From: Flavobacterium sp. | GTDB lineage: Bacteria; Bacteroidota; Bacteroidia; Flavobacteriales; Flavobacteriaceae | Length of the DNA stretch: 64,000 nt | Assembly (NCBI GenBank): GCA_044349645.1 | Contig: JBIKQP010000001.1 | Strand: one strand, 5' to 3' | Shown: positions 27,230-38,078 of the stretch, piece after piece | Numbering within the stretch: the stretch's first letter is position 1 | How the letters are laid out: each line of letters begins with the position of its first letter | Position numbers and translations under genes: made by a program | The notes under the pieces: model-generated | Databases searched by the model: none | What the model saw: only the letters and a program-made list of their open reading frames with translations | Told to the model about the DNA's origin: nothing

Positions 27230-30200
27230 TTAGTTTCCGTTTGCTAATCTTCTGTCTCGCAACCAATACTTAGTTCGTTTAACCAAGTAGAACATCACCG
27301 GAACCATTACTAAAGTTAATACCGTAGCATAAGTCAATCCGAAGATAATCGTCCAGGCCAATGGCCCCCAGAAAACTACGTTGTCACCTCCAACATAAAT
27401 ATGCGGATTTAAATTGGTTACCAACGAGAAGAAGTCAAAATTCAAACCTATCGCCAAAGGAATCAATCCTAAAATTGCCGTTAATGCCGTTAATAATACC
27501 GGACGCAAACGAGATTTCCCCGATTGGATAATTACATCTTTAATTTCAGCAATAGTTAAATCATCGTGCGATGTTTGTTTGTTTTCACTCACTTTTTCGT
27601 CCATCAATAACACAAAGAAATCCATTAATACGATTCCGTTTTTCACTACAATTCCCGAAAGGGCAATAATTCCCATCATCGTCATCAAGATTACGAAATC
27701 CATTCCGGCAAATACATATCCGTAGAAAACACCACTGAAACTTAGTAAAACGGTGAACATGATAATCGCAGTTTTCGAAATAGAATTAAACTGCAACACA
27801 ATGATAATCGTAATACTTGCTAAAGCTAATAGTAAGGCGCCAAATAAGAAGCCAGAATCTTTTTTCTGTTGTTCTTGTTCCCCAGAGAAAGAATAGGTAA
27901 TATCGCCTGCCATTTTATAATTGGCTCCTTTTAATGAAGCTTCAATTTGTTTGGTAATTCCGTCACCATTATAACCGGTTATAACGTTAGAATAAATCGT
28001 CATGATTCTTTTTGAATTCTTACGTTTTATTTGGTTGAACGTGAATTTTTTCTCTGTTGTTGCCAAAGCCGAAATCGGAACTTGAACAATTTGTCCGTTG
28101 TTTTGATTTCTAAAAGTTACCGGCTGATTAAACAACACACTTTCGTTTTTACGCTGGTCTTCCTGTAAACGCATCACAATATTGTAATCGTCTTTTCCTT
28201 CTTTATAAGTCGAAATTTCTTGTCCGTAAATCGCTCTACGCATTGTAAATCCTAGTTGGCCTGTCGTAGCACCTAAACTTCCAATACCTACACGATCTAC
28301 ATTTACTTCCATTTCTGGACTTTCTTTGTTCACATCGATATTCAATTTTTCAATTCCTTCAATGTTTTTCGAATTGATGAATGCAATCACTTTTTTTGCT
28401 TCAACCAACATTTCATCATAGTTAGTTCCCGACAATTGCAAACTGATTGGATATCCTGAAGGAGGTCCGTTAGAATCTTTCTCCACGATAATTTTTGCAC
28501 CAGCAATCGCTTTTACTTTCGAACGAATTTCTTCTAAAATGTCGCTTGTATTTACGTCTTTTCTGAATTTATATTCAGTGAAATTCACTGTTACTTTTCC
28601 TTTATAAGGCGTTTCCGATTGATTCCCAGAATCTACATTTGGATTCCCAGCGCCTTTTCCAACTTGTGAAACGATACTTTCGGCCAAATAATTTTCATCA
28701 TTTTCAACGTATTTTGCTAAAATGGCAATCACTTGTTTTTCAACAAATAAATTAGCTTTATTCGTTTTTTCAATTTCTGTTCCTTGCGGATATTCTATGT
28801 AAACTATCGCTTGGTTCGGTATATTCTTTGGGAAAAACAAAGTTTCTCTAGGAAACAACGTCAATAATACAACCGAAAAAATTAATAATCCAATAATCCC
28901 AACTAAGGCAATTAAAGATTTTTTTCCTGTTAGGATTTTACTAAGGAATACTTGGTATTTTTTCTCTAATCCAGGGAAGAAACTGTGTTGGAAATCCTGA
29001 GTCCATTTGAAAATATACAAATGATAAGCCCACATCAACACTAAAGCAATTATGATTAAATGCCCAATAGCTTTCATCCAAACGGTATTGGAAATATTCC
29101 CTGGAATTACAAATAACAATCCTGAAACGATGAAAATAATTGTGTATTTCTTCAATGCTTTTTTAGAGATATTTCTATCTTCAATATCCATAAAACCACC
29201 AGTCATAGCGGCATTAATTACCATCGCTACGAATAAGGAAGCTCCTAATACACATGATAAAGTGATAGGGAAATAAACCATAAATTTACCAACTGTTCCA
29301 GGCCATAAAGCCAATGGAATAAAAGCCGCTAGAGTCGTAGCCGTTGATGAAATTACTGGCCAAGCGATTTCGCCAATACCAATTTTTGAAGCTTCAATTC
29401 GCCCTAAGCCTTTTTTCATGTTGGCAAAAACGTTATCCACTACAACAATTCCATCGTCAACTAGTAATCCTAATCCCATTACTAATCCAAATAAAACCAT
29501 CGTATTCAATGTGTAACCAAAAGCGGATAATATCGCAAATGCCATTAACATGGAAAGTGGAATTGCAGCCCCAACGAAAAGGGAGTTTCTCAATCCCATG
29601 GTGAACATCAATACAATCATTACTAGGATAATTCCAAAAATGATGTGGTTGGACAATTCGCTTACTTGGTGCTCCACTTTGCTAGATTCGTCATTGGTCA
29701 TTTTGACACTCAAATCTTTTGGCAAAACATTTTCTTGCGCTTTTGCAACAATTTCTTTCACCTGATCCAACGCCGAAATCATATTTTGACCGGCGCGCTT
29801 TTTGACATTCAACATCACGACTTCCTTACCACTTTCACGAGCATAAGTCGTTTTTTCTTTTTCCTTGAAATTGATTACAGCAATGTCTTTTAGGTAAACT
29901 GTTCCTCCAAAAGATTTCACCACTACGTTTTCAAGGTCTTTAGGGTTTTTGATTTCACCCACAATTCGAATATTATTTCGAGATCCTTGTGAAATTAAAT
30001 TTCCTCCAGAAAGTGTCATATTTTCATATTTCACCGCATTTTGAATGTCGTCAAAACTTACTTTCGCAGCATTCATTTTGAATACGTCAATCGCAATTTC
30101 AACCTCTTTATCATCTACACCAAGGATGTCTACTTTTTTTACTTCCGGGATATTTTCTATCTCGTCTTTAAGGTATTCACCGTATTTTTTTAGTTGTTGA

Positions 30201-30688
30201 GTAGTATAATTTCCTTTCAAGTTAATATTTAATATCGGCACTTCTTCCGAAATATTAATATTAAAAATACTTGGTTCTACCTTGCTACCGTTGTCAAGAT
30301 TTGGCCAATCGGTATCGGCTTTCGCCATATCGGTTTTATCTTTTATTCGTATTTTGGCTTCCTCTATTGAAACATTTTGCTCAAATTCAACGACCACAAT
30401 TCCGTAATCTTGAAACGAACTTGAGGTAACTTTGGTTACACCAGAAATATTTTTAAACTGATCTTCTAAAGGTTTTACAACTAATTTTTCAACGTCCTCA
30501 GAGGAATTTCCTGGGAAAACTGATGAAACGTAAATTTTGTTTTCTAAAATCTCTGGGAAATTTTCACGCGGCATATTGATATAGGCCATCGTTCCCATTA
30601 CCACAATAATAAAAGTTAGAATGTAAACCGTAATTCGGTTATCTACCGCCCAACTTGAAATGCTAAATTCTTTTTTTTGATGACTCAT
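27230..30688 (-). CDS. RND (AcrB/D/F-type) efflux permease
   Basis: GLLVDDGIVVVDN, GIVVKNGIV, RLRPVLLT. 1152 aa with a duplicated TM/periplasmic layout. Confidence 0.95.
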   Translation of the reverse strand: MSHQKKEFSISSWAVDNRITVYILTFIIVVMGTMAYINMPRENFPEILENKIYVSSVFPGNSSEDVEKLVVKPLEDQFKNISGVTKVTSSSFQDYGIVVVEFEQNVSIEEAKIRIKDKTDMAKADTDWPNLDNGSKVEPSIFNINISEEVPILNINLKGNYTTQQLKKYGEYLKDEIENIPEVKKVDILGVDDKEVEIAIDVFKMNAAKVSFDDIQNAVKYENMTLSGGNLISQGSRNNIRIVGEIKNPKDLENVVVKSFGGTVYLKDIAVINFKEKEKTTYARESGKEVVMLNVKKRAGQNMISALDQVKEIVAKAQENVLPKDLSVKMTNDESSKVEHQVSELSNHIIFGIILVMIVLMFTMGLRNSLFVGAAIPLSMLMAFAILSAFGYTLNTMVLFGLVMGLGLLVDDGIVVVDNVFANMKKGLGRIEASKIGIGEIAWPVISSTATTLAAFIPLALWPGTVGKFMVYFPITLSCVLGASLFVAMVINAAMTGGFMDIEDRNISKKALKKYTIIFIVSGLLFVIPGNISNTVWMKAIGHLIIIALVLMWAYHLYIFKWTQDFQHSFFPGLEKKYQVFLSKILTGKKSLIALVGIIGLLIFSVVLLTLFPRETLFFPKNIPNQAIVYIEYPQGTEIEKTNKANLFVEKQVIAILAKYVENDENYLAESIVSQVGKGAGNPNVDSGNQSETPYKGKVTVNFTEYKFRKDVNTSDILEEIRSKVKAIAGAKIIVEKDSNGPPSGYPISLQLSGTNYDEMLVEAKKVIAFINSKNIEGIEKLNIDVNKESPEMEVNVDRVGIGSLGATTGQLGFTMRRAIYGQEISTYKEGKDDYNIVMRLQEDQRKNESVLFNQPVTFRNQNNGQIVQVPISALATTEKKFTFNQIKRKNSKRIMTIYSNVITGYNGDGITKQIEASLKGANYKMAGDITYSFSGEQEQQKKDSGFLFGALLLALASITIIIVLQFNSISKTAIIMFTVLLSFSGVFYGYVFAGMDFVILMTMMGIIALSGIVVKNGIVLMDFFVLLMDEKVSENKQTSHDDLTIAEIKDVIIQSGKSRLRPVLLTALTAILGLIPLAIGLNFDFFSLVTNLNPHIYVGGDNVVFWGPLAWTIIFGLTYATVLTLVMVPVMFYLVKRTKYWLRDRRLANGN

Positions 30689-30692
30689 TTTA

Positions 30693-31832
30693 TTAGAAAT
30701 TAAGTTTCATTCCTTCTGATACTGTTTTTACTCCGTCGCCAACTAATAATGTTTTTGGCTCTAATCCGCTTAAAATTTCAGTGAAATTATCAGATGTTTT
30801 ACCCACTTTTACAATTACCTTTTTTGCAATTCCTGTTTTGTCTTTCACTGAGGTAACTTCAAAAACAAATTGGTTTCCATCAGCGTCCTCTTGAATCACA
30901 TTAGAAGGAACTACAACTGCTTTTGCACTTGTGTAATCAGTAATTTTTAGTTTTGCCACCTGGTTTGGGCGCAATAAATTATCGGTATTTGGAACGGAAA
31001 CTTCAATTCCAAAACTTCTATTATTTGGATTGATGTTGTTTCCAACTTGACGAATTTTTCCATTAAAAGATTTTCCTAAAGAAGCTAAATAAACGCTTAC
31101 TTGAGTTCCTACTTTTAATTTTCCAATGTAACTTTCAGGAACGGTTGTTGAAACGAACATGTTATTTAAATTTACAATTCTCATCAATCCTTGACCAGGT
31201 CCAACTACTTGTCCTCTTTCAGCAATTAACTCGTCGATTACACCGTTAAATGGAGCAATAATTCTAGTTTTTGCCAATTGTGCTTTCATTTGATTAACTG
31301 CTTTTTGCTGGCTAACCATATTCGTTTGTGCTTGTAAATATTGAATTTCAGAACCAATTTTTTGATCCCATAAACGTTTTTGTCTTTCGAAGGTTGTTTT
31401 TGCTAAAGCCAATTGGTTTTCTAATTGTGCCAATTGCTGACTTAATCCGCCATCGTCAATAGTTCCTAAAACCTGACCTTTGCTCACTTTTTGCCCTGCA
31501 ATTACATTTACCGTATTTAAAATTCCAGCAAATTGTGGGTAAATAATTAAATTCTCTTTTGTGTTTACATTTCCTTGAACTTCTAAATAATGACTGAAAA
31601 CAGTGTCTTTTACCGTTTCCACAGAAACTAACGCTTCTTCTGTTTTTTTCATGTCCAATTCTGCTATAGCATTATCAAGTTGTGTTAATTGCGTTTGCAA
31701 TTCTGCTCTTTTTGCTTTTATAGAAACCAAGTTTTTTGAAGCAATTAATGAATCAATATTGGCGTTTTCTTCTTTTTTTCCGCAAGAGAATAAAATTGCG
31801 GAGAATGTTGCGATTAAAATTATTTTTTTCAT
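30693..31832 (-). CDS. RND efflux periplasmic adaptor (MFP) lipoprotein
   Basis: LFS-C lipobox, lipoyl half-motifs (V.KGQVL, I.APFNG) flanking a coiled hairpin. Confidence 0.93.
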   Translation of the reverse strand: MKKIILIATFSAILFSCGKKEENANIDSLIASKNLVSIKAKRAELQTQLTQLDNAIAELDMKKTEEALVSVETVKDTVFSHYLEVQGNVNTKENLIIYPQFAGILNTVNVIAGQKVSKGQVLGTIDDGGLSQQLAQLENQLALAKTTFERQKRLWDQKIGSEIQYLQAQTNMVSQQKAVNQMKAQLAKTRIIAPFNGVIDELIAERGQVVGPGQGLMRIVNLNNMFVSTTVPESYIGKLKVGTQVSVYLASLGKSFNGKIRQVGNNINPNNRSFGIEVSVPNTDNLLRPNQVAKLKITDYTSAKAVVVPSNVIQEDADGNQFVFEVTSVKDKTGIAKKVIVKVGKTSDNFTEILSGLEPKTLLVGDGVKTVSEGMKLNF

Positions 31833-31852
31833 TTTTAAAGGTTTTTTCTTGA

Positions 31853-33193
31853 TTATTTTTTATTAATTACTTTTTCTAAACTTGCTTTTTTATTGATAAC
31901 ATTCACCATCGATTGAAGGTAATTTTGTTGTGCAGCATACAATTGTCGTTGCGCCTCACTAAAGTCGAAACTTGAAGATAATCCTTCTTTAAATTTAATC
32001 CCTTGCTTTTTCTCGATACGCTCGGCTAAATTCAAATTGGTTTTTGCTGTTGCAAATGCTTCAATGCTAAATTCATATTCGCTTTTGGCATTTGCATATT
32101 GTAATTTTAACTTTTGTTCTGTTTCCGTAAGTTGTGTTTTTGCTTTTTCAAATGCAATTTTTGCTTGTTGTGTTCTAGCAGTTCTAGCAAAACTGCTGAA
32201 TATTGGCAAATTTAAACTAATTCCCATATTGGAATAATTCAACCATTTTTGGTTGCTGGTGAAAAATTGAAATTGATTTCCAAATGCATTATATCCCACA
32301 TTTACAATTGCTGCTAAAGAAGGTAAAGCTTTAGTTTTTTGTAGTTTTAATTCTAAATTGCGTTGCTCTTGAAAATTCAACGCCATTTGGTAATAGATGT
32401 TTTGTGATGGGTTAAATTCTCCTTGTGAAAATGCCGCGTCTAGATTTTTAACCGCAAGAATATCTAATTTATCGGTTAGTTTTAATTCGTCTTCAATATT
32501 TAATCCTAAAGAGATTTTCAACATGTTTAAGGCGATTTCTCTAAGTCTTTTAACGTTATTCAAATTACTATTAATTGTTGAAAGGGTAATTTGAAGTTGC
32601 TCCACATTTTCTTCCTCTATTAGACCGTTTTTAAATGTTTCTTTGGTATCGAATAATGTTTTTTCAAGAATGCCTTTGTTTTTTTCTAAAATCAAAATGC
32701 TTTCTTCAGCTAGTAATACATTTCCGTATGCGTTGATTACCATTTCTTTAACTTCCTGATCCGTTTTTTCTTTCGAATTTTGGTAAAATTTCAAATACGT
32801 TTTGGAAGCTTGAAGTGCTACAATATAAGATCCGTCAAATAATAACTGACTCAATGTGGTTCTAGCGTTCATATTGTGTTTTGTACCGAAAGCTACTTCT
32901 GCAAATTCCCCTGGATTTCCTCCAAAAAACTGAGCCGGAATAAGTGATTTTTGTAGTTCAAAGTTGTTTTGATAGTCTAAACTCGCATTTATTTGCGGAA
33001 GCCCCATTGCAGTGGTTTCCCACTTTTTACTTTTTGCAGCAGCAATATCTCTTTTGGCATTTATGGCTTCATAATTATTGCTTAATGCATAATTAATGGC
33101 TTCGTCTAAACTAAACGAGTTGCTTTTTGGTTTTTCTTGTGCATTTGCAATAAAAGCAAAAGACAATACACTAATAAAAATTAATTTTTTCAT
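31853..33193 (-). CDS. TolC-family outer membrane efflux protein
   Basis: SLDEAINYAL..N, duplicated OEP repeats, operon context. Confidence 0.93.
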   Translation of the reverse strand: MKKLIFISVLSFAFIANAQEKPKSNSFSLDEAINYALSNNYEAINAKRDIAAAKSKKWETTAMGLPQINASLDYQNNFELQKSLIPAQFFGGNPGEFAEVAFGTKHNMNARTTLSQLLFDGSYIVALQASKTYLKFYQNSKEKTDQEVKEMVINAYGNVLLAEESILILEKNKGILEKTLFDTKETFKNGLIEEENVEQLQITLSTINSNLNNVKRLREIALNMLKISLGLNIEDELKLTDKLDILAVKNLDAAFSQGEFNPSQNIYYQMALNFQEQRNLELKLQKTKALPSLAAIVNVGYNAFGNQFQFFTSNQKWLNYSNMGISLNLPIFSSFARTARTQQAKIAFEKAKTQLTETEQKLKLQYANAKSEYEFSIEAFATAKTNLNLAERIEKKQGIKFKEGLSSSFDFSEAQRQLYAAQQNYLQSMVNVINKKASLEKVINKK

Positions 33194-33789
33194 TTTTTTT
33201 CAATGTTCAATAATTGTTTTTCTAATTCTGCAATTCCTGCTGGCGTAGCAATTGCTCTGGTGTGATACTCTAATATTTGTAATTCTAATTCTTGACCTTC
33301 TTTTTCAGAAATGGTTTGTTCTTTAATACTGAATAGTAAATTGTAGTAAAATTTCACAAAGGTTTCTACGGGAATTTCTTTTCTGTAAAGTCCTTGAGCA
33401 ATTCCCTTTTCAATATTATTTTTGAATAAAATATTACATTCATTCATTTCTTTTGCCATTACTTTTTCAAAAATCGAAGGGTAGTGTTTTTTTAATTGAT
33501 AAACGGGAGAGGTATCAGCCGCCTTGAACATATCCTTAAACATCCTTCTGATTTTATAGTTTTCTTCAATTGCGTTGTTGTTTTCAGCAACTATTTGATC
33601 AACAATTTCATGAATTTCTGAATGAATCATGTCAGTAATTTCCTCAATCAAAATTTCTTTATTGCTAAAAAACTTGTAGATGGTTTTTTTAGAAATGCAC
33701 ATTTCTCCCGCTATATCATCCATAGTGACGCTCTTGAAACCAAGTCTCATGAACAAATCGCTAGCTTTAGACATAATTTTCTCTCTCAT
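33190..33789 (-). CDS. TetR/AcrR family transcriptional regulator
   Basis: GFKSVTMDDIAGEMCISKKTIYKFFSNKE helix-turn-helix. Confidence 0.95.
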   Translation of the reverse strand: MREKIMSKASDLFMRLGFKSVTMDDIAGEMCISKKTIYKFFSNKEILIEEITDMIHSEIHEIVDQIVAENNNAIEENYKIRRMFKDMFKAADTSPVYQLKKHYPSIFEKVMAKEMNECNILFKNNIEKGIAQGLYRKEIPVETFVKFYYNLLFSIKEQTISEKEGQELELQILEYHTRAIATPAGIAELEKQLLNIEKK

Positions 33790-33816
33790 TTGATAGGGGA
33801 AATTTTAAATTTGGCG

Positions 33817-33856
33817 CAAACTTACAACGGAAACTTTGAATACCAAAACAGTTTCC
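33817..33856 (-). promoter_or_regulatory. tetR-efflux operon promoter with candidate TetR operator
   Basis: -7 box TAAGTTTG (33824-33817). Inverted repeat GGAAACT-N14-AGTTTCC (33829-33856). Confidence 0.55.
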
Positions 33857-33982
33857 CAGTATTTACAATTATTTAACATTTAAGAAAGTTTATAGTTCGA
33901 ATAATTTTGAGTTTCTTTGTAGGGTACAAATGTTATAAGCACTTCCAATTATAATTTTTAAACACTTAACAAATTAAGATTC

Positions 33983-34957
33983 ATGCATTCTATTAATCAG
34001 TATCAAGAATTTATTGCAGACTATTTAGAATCTCAATATGAAACTAAAGAGCCAAGAAATCTTTATGAACCCATTCACTATATTTTAGGATTAGGCGGAA
34101 AAAGAATGCGCCCGGTTTTAACATTAATGAGCGCTGAAGTATTTGATGCCGATTATAAAAAAGCTTTGCCAGCCGCACTTGCCGTTGAAGTTTTTCATAA
34201 TTTTTCGCTTATTCATGATGACATTATGGACGATGCTCCTTTACGAAGAGGAAATGTTACAGTTCATGAAAAGTGGGACATTAATACAGGAATTCTCTCC
34301 GGTGATGCCATGTTAATTTTAGCCTATCAATATTTTGAAAAATACGAGCCTGCCATTTTCAGGGAATTAGCAAAACTATTTAGTAAAACGGCGTTGGAAG
34401 TTTGTGAAGGCCAACAATGGGATGTAGATTTTGAAACTCGAACTGATGTTTCAATTCCGGAATACCTGAAAATGATTCAATATAAAACAGCTGTTTTGGT
34501 TGCTGCTGCAATGAAAATGGGTGCAATAATCGCCGAAACTTCTGAAGATAATGCCAACTTAATTTATGATTTCGGTTTGAATTTAGGATTAGCATTTCAA
34601 TTACAAGACGATTATTTAGACGCTTTTGGGAATCCAGAAACCTTTGGAAAACAAGTTGGTGGAGATATTATTGAAAACAAAAAAACCTATTTGTATCTAA
34701 AAGCACTTGAATTTGCATCAAATGATCAAGCCAAGAAATTAGTTGAATTATTTTCAATTCACCCACAAGATAGTTCCGATAAAATTGAAGCAGTAAAAGA
34801 AATATTTGTTGCTTCTGGTGCAGCTCAAGAAACAAAAAATGCGATTCAAGATTTTACTTTCAAAGCTTTTGATACGCTAAAAGACATTAGTATTGACAAT
34901 GATAAAAAGGAAATGCTAAGAGCGTTTGGTGAAAATTTAATGGGGCGAAAAGTTTAA
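33983..34957 (+). CDS. Polyprenyl diphosphate (GGPP/FPP) synthase
   Basis: GGKRMRP, FARM HDDIMD..RRG, SARM FQLQDDYLD. Confidence 0.95.
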   Translation: MHSINQYQEFIADYLESQYETKEPRNLYEPIHYILGLGGKRMRPVLTLMSAEVFDADYKKALPAALAVEVFHNFSLIHDDIMDDAPLRRGNVTVHEKWDINTGILSGDAMLILAYQYFEKYEPAIFRELAKLFSKTALEVCEGQQWDVDFETRTDVSIPEYLKMIQYKTAVLVAAAMKMGAIIAETSEDNANLIYDFGLNLGLAFQLQDDYLDAFGNPETFGKQVGGDIIENKKTYLYLKALEFASNDQAKKLVELFSIHPQDSSDKIEAVKEIFVASGAAQETKNAIQDFTFKAFDTLKDISIDNDKKEMLRAFGENLMGRKV

Positions 34958-34962
34958 TTTTA

Positions 34963-35325
34963 ATGAATTCAAAAACATTTATTGCACCAATAAACTCAGA
35001 TGTACTTCTTAATGAAGCTTCAAACGACAATTTATATTCCAAATTAATAGAGCAAATCAACAAAGATTTTAATTTGGCAAATGAGCCAATTGATTTTCCT
35101 ATGTCAATTTCAGCGGATGAATTGAAAGGGGAATTACACGAAAAAATCTATCGATTAATTCAATATAAATTCGCAGAATACTTGAATTTATTATATATAA
35201 TTGATGTTCCCGAAGATCAAATAAAGAAACTTGACGGATCAGATTTGGTAATTTTATCCGAGCAAGTTTCTTTTTTGATATTGAAAAGAGAATGGATGAA
35301 AGTGTGGTTTCGAAATAACTATTAG
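34963..35325 (+). CDS. Conserved hypothetical protein
   Basis: 120-aa ORF 5 nt after the previous stop. LLYIIDVPE...REWMKVW. Confidence 0.8.
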   Translation: MNSKTFIAPINSDVLLNEASNDNLYSKLIEQINKDFNLANEPIDFPMSISADELKGELHEKIYRLIQYKFAEYLNLLYIIDVPEDQIKKLDGSDLVILSEQVSFLILKREWMKVWFRNNY

Positions 35326-35370
35326 TTATTTTATTAATTAAAACCATTTCTAAATTTACAGTTCAAAAAT

Positions 35371-36138
35371 CTATTTATCATTGATTAAAAATGGTGTTTT
35401 CCCGTCTGTCACTATTATTTTTGTATTAGGTGATTTTGACAATTCGTTGAAAGCATCTATACTTCTTAATTTTAAAATTTCATTAGTTAAACCTTCAGAA
35501 AGTATTTTTTGAGCATCTCGAGTTCCTTTTGCTTCAATAATTTTTCGTTCAGCTTCAAATTTTTCTTGTTGTAAAACGAACTCCATTCTCATTGCATCTT
35601 GTTCTGCCTGTAATTTATTTTCTATTGATTTAGAAAGACCAACAGGAAGCTGTATGCTTTTCATTAAAACGGATTCAATAATAACTCCTTTACTGAATAA
35701 ATTATCAGCCATTCTTTTTCTAATATCAGATTCTATTTCTGATCTTTTTCCAGAATGCATGTCTTTTGCAAAGTATTGCGAACATACATCAGCAGATGCT
35801 GATCTAAATACATTTGCAATTATTCCTTCATAATTCATCCCAAGATTATTTACAATCTTAACCACCTCGTTTTTTTCCAATCTATATAAAATAGAAATTT
35901 GAGAAGTAATGCTTAATCCTTCTTTGCTAGGCAAATTTAAACTCAATTCTAAGTTCCTTGTTTGAATTGAAGTACGAACAATTTTTGAAGTAAATGGATT
36001 AAAAAAAACGGGGCCTTGAGGATAAACCTCTTCCGAAAGTTTCCCTAATCTTTGCTTTAAACCAACCTCACCAGGTTTAATAGTTACACAACTAACAACC
36101 CCAAAACTAATTAACAATAATAAAATAGCTTTTTTCAT
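35371..36138 (-). CDS. SPFH/prohibitin family protein
   Basis: IKPGEVG, SKEGL, IENKLQAEQ, EAKG coiled tail. Confidence 0.9.
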   Translation of the reverse strand: MKKAILLLLISFGVVSCVTIKPGEVGLKQRLGKLSEEVYPQGPVFFNPFTSKIVRTSIQTRNLELSLNLPSKEGLSITSQISILYRLEKNEVVKIVNNLGMNYEGIIANVFRSASADVCSQYFAKDMHSGKRSEIESDIRKRMADNLFSKGVIIESVLMKSIQLPVGLSKSIENKLQAEQDAMRMEFVLQQEKFEAERKIIEAKGTRDAQKILSEGLTNEILKLRSIDAFNELSKSPNTKIIVTDGKTPFLINDK

Positions 36139-36498
36139 AATATTTAAATTTAATAATAAAGCAAATTTAAAATTATTAATTCATAAATTTTTATTTATAT
36201 ATATAATGATAATTATAAAAAGTATTTATTTAAATTAACGGCATTGTTAATGTTGATTATTCCATAGTACAATCCTAAATGAAGTTTTTTAAACTCAAAA
36301 ATTTTGTAATTGAAGTTTAAGGATAAATAAGGTAATGAAGTAAATGAGGAGTCTTTATTTTTCAATTTAACTTATCAAACAACCGAAAATATTTGTCAGC
36401 CATTGACAAAAAAATAGTTTTAAACTCAAAAATAGAGGCCCAAAATGTAACTTATTAATTATATTATAATGGAGAAAAGTTGAAAGAGATATATAAAA

Positions 36499-37113
36499 CT
36501 AAAATAAACCGTTTAATTCAGCGTCTATTTTATTAATGATCATTCCTAAATCTTCAGGATTATTTACAAAATCGATATTATCGACTTCAATAATAACCAG
36601 TTTACCTTTGTTATAGTTAGAAACCCAAGCTTCGTATCTTTCGTTCAATCGATTTAAATATTCAATAGAAATTGAATTCTCATATTCGCGTCCTCGCTTG
36701 TGAATTTGTGAAACCAAATTTGGAATAGAACTTCTCAAATAAATTAGCATATCTGGCGGGGCAACAAGCCCTTCCATTAGATCAAAAAGAGAGCTGTAAT
36801 TTTGAAAATCTCTATTGGTCATCAACCCCATAGCGTGAAGGTTGGGAGCAAAAATATGAGCATCTTCGTAGATAGTTCTATCCTGAATTATTTTTTTACC
36901 GCTTTCGCGAATTTGAAGAACTTGTCTGAAACGACTATTCAAGAAATAGATTTGTAAATTGAACGACCAACGTTCCATTTGGTGGTAGAAATCATCTAAA
37001 TAGGGGTTGTCAACTACGTCTTCAAAGTGAGGTTCCCACTTAAAATGCTTTGCTAACAAGCGAGTTAATGATGTTTTTCCCGCTCCTATATTTCCTGCTA
37101 TAGCTATGTGCAT
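36499..37113 (-). CDS. Deoxynucleoside kinase
   Basis: GNIGAGKT P-loop, QDRTIYED, RGREYE lid. Confidence 0.95.
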   Translation of the reverse strand: MHIAIAGNIGAGKTSLTRLLAKHFKWEPHFEDVVDNPYLDDFYHQMERWSFNLQIYFLNSRFRQVLQIRESGKKIIQDRTIYEDAHIFAPNLHAMGLMTNRDFQNYSSLFDLMEGLVAPPDMLIYLRSSIPNLVSQIHKRGREYENSISIEYLNRLNERYEAWVSNYNKGKLVIIEVDNIDFVNNPEDLGMIINKIDAELNGLF

Positions 37114-37907
37114 TACGGTAATAGTATTTTATAATTCTTAATTTGTCGATTGGTAAAAATAGATAAAATTTGGTCTTTGTAAATAAAATATTCAAAGCTT
37201 TTATTAACATTTTGAACTTCCATAGTTTTATTTGATTTAAAATCTAGAAAATACAACTGTTCTCCCTTTGAAAATAAAATCAAATCGGAATTTACAATTT
37301 GAATTTTATCAAAATCCGGCACTTTCCTAATTAGTTTAATTTCACCAAATAAGTTACAAGAATACCAATTTAAATCTTTATCAATCCATTGAAAATTATT
37401 AAAATCGGATTCATAATGTTTGAAATTACCTGGTAAAGGGGTTGAAATAAATTTGAAATCTTCATTTGAATAATTATAAAGTCCAATTTTTTGAGATATT
37501 GTATCGTAAAACCATAATTTATTTTGAGCCGCAATTCCTACAGCGCTTGTAATTATAGAGGCTTTATTGATATTTGAAAACGATATTTGTTGAATTTCAT
37601 TTAACTGATTATCTAATAAAACCACTGAATTAAAACCCTCAAAGAACACTGCAATTTTCAGTGGATTTTTGATATCAATTTTTAAAATTTCACCTAAAAT
37701 AACGTTTTTATATTGCCAAATTTGATCTCCATTTTTCTTGAATAAAATGTCATTTTCTTCATAATATTGATTAGACAAAACATCAATGCCTAAAAAACGA
37801 CTTGCCGAAATAGGTTCAGAGGATACTAAATTGGCTTTAGTAATTTGACCTTGGCAGGAAAATACTAAAAAAAGTAATAGTATGCGTATTTGAATAAATG
37901 ATTTCAT
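37113..37907 (-). CDS. Hypothetical secreted protein or lipoprotein
   Basis: 264-aa ORF with an N-terminal signal. TAATG overlap with the kinase gene. Confidence 0.75.
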   Translation of the reverse strand: MKSFIQIRILLLFLVFSCQGQITKANLVSSEPISASRFLGIDVLSNQYYEENDILFKKNGDQIWQYKNVILGEILKIDIKNPLKIAVFFEGFNSVVLLDNQLNEIQQISFSNINKASIITSAVGIAAQNKLWFYDTISQKIGLYNYSNEDFKFISTPLPGNFKHYESDFNNFQWIDKDLNWYSCNLFGEIKLIRKVPDFDKIQIVNSDLILFSKGEQLYFLDFKSNKTMEVQNVNKSFEYFIYKDQILSIFTNRQIKNYKILLP

Positions 37908-38078
37908 TAAATGCTAAATTACAATATATGTTTGTAGTTATTCATTTTTCTTTCTATTTTTTTAACATAAAATTTGTAACTTTAATTATTCTAATTCGTC
38001 ATATTTGCACGCAATATTTAAACTATTTAGTAATTAGTAAGTCTAAAATTTAATTTACATTATATAAAACCCCTATTT

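Noticed and set aside
36362-36403. 13-codon ORF MADKYFRLFDKLN resembling the start of a REP-associated transposase
   Set aside because: Too short, with no continuing similarity in any frame.
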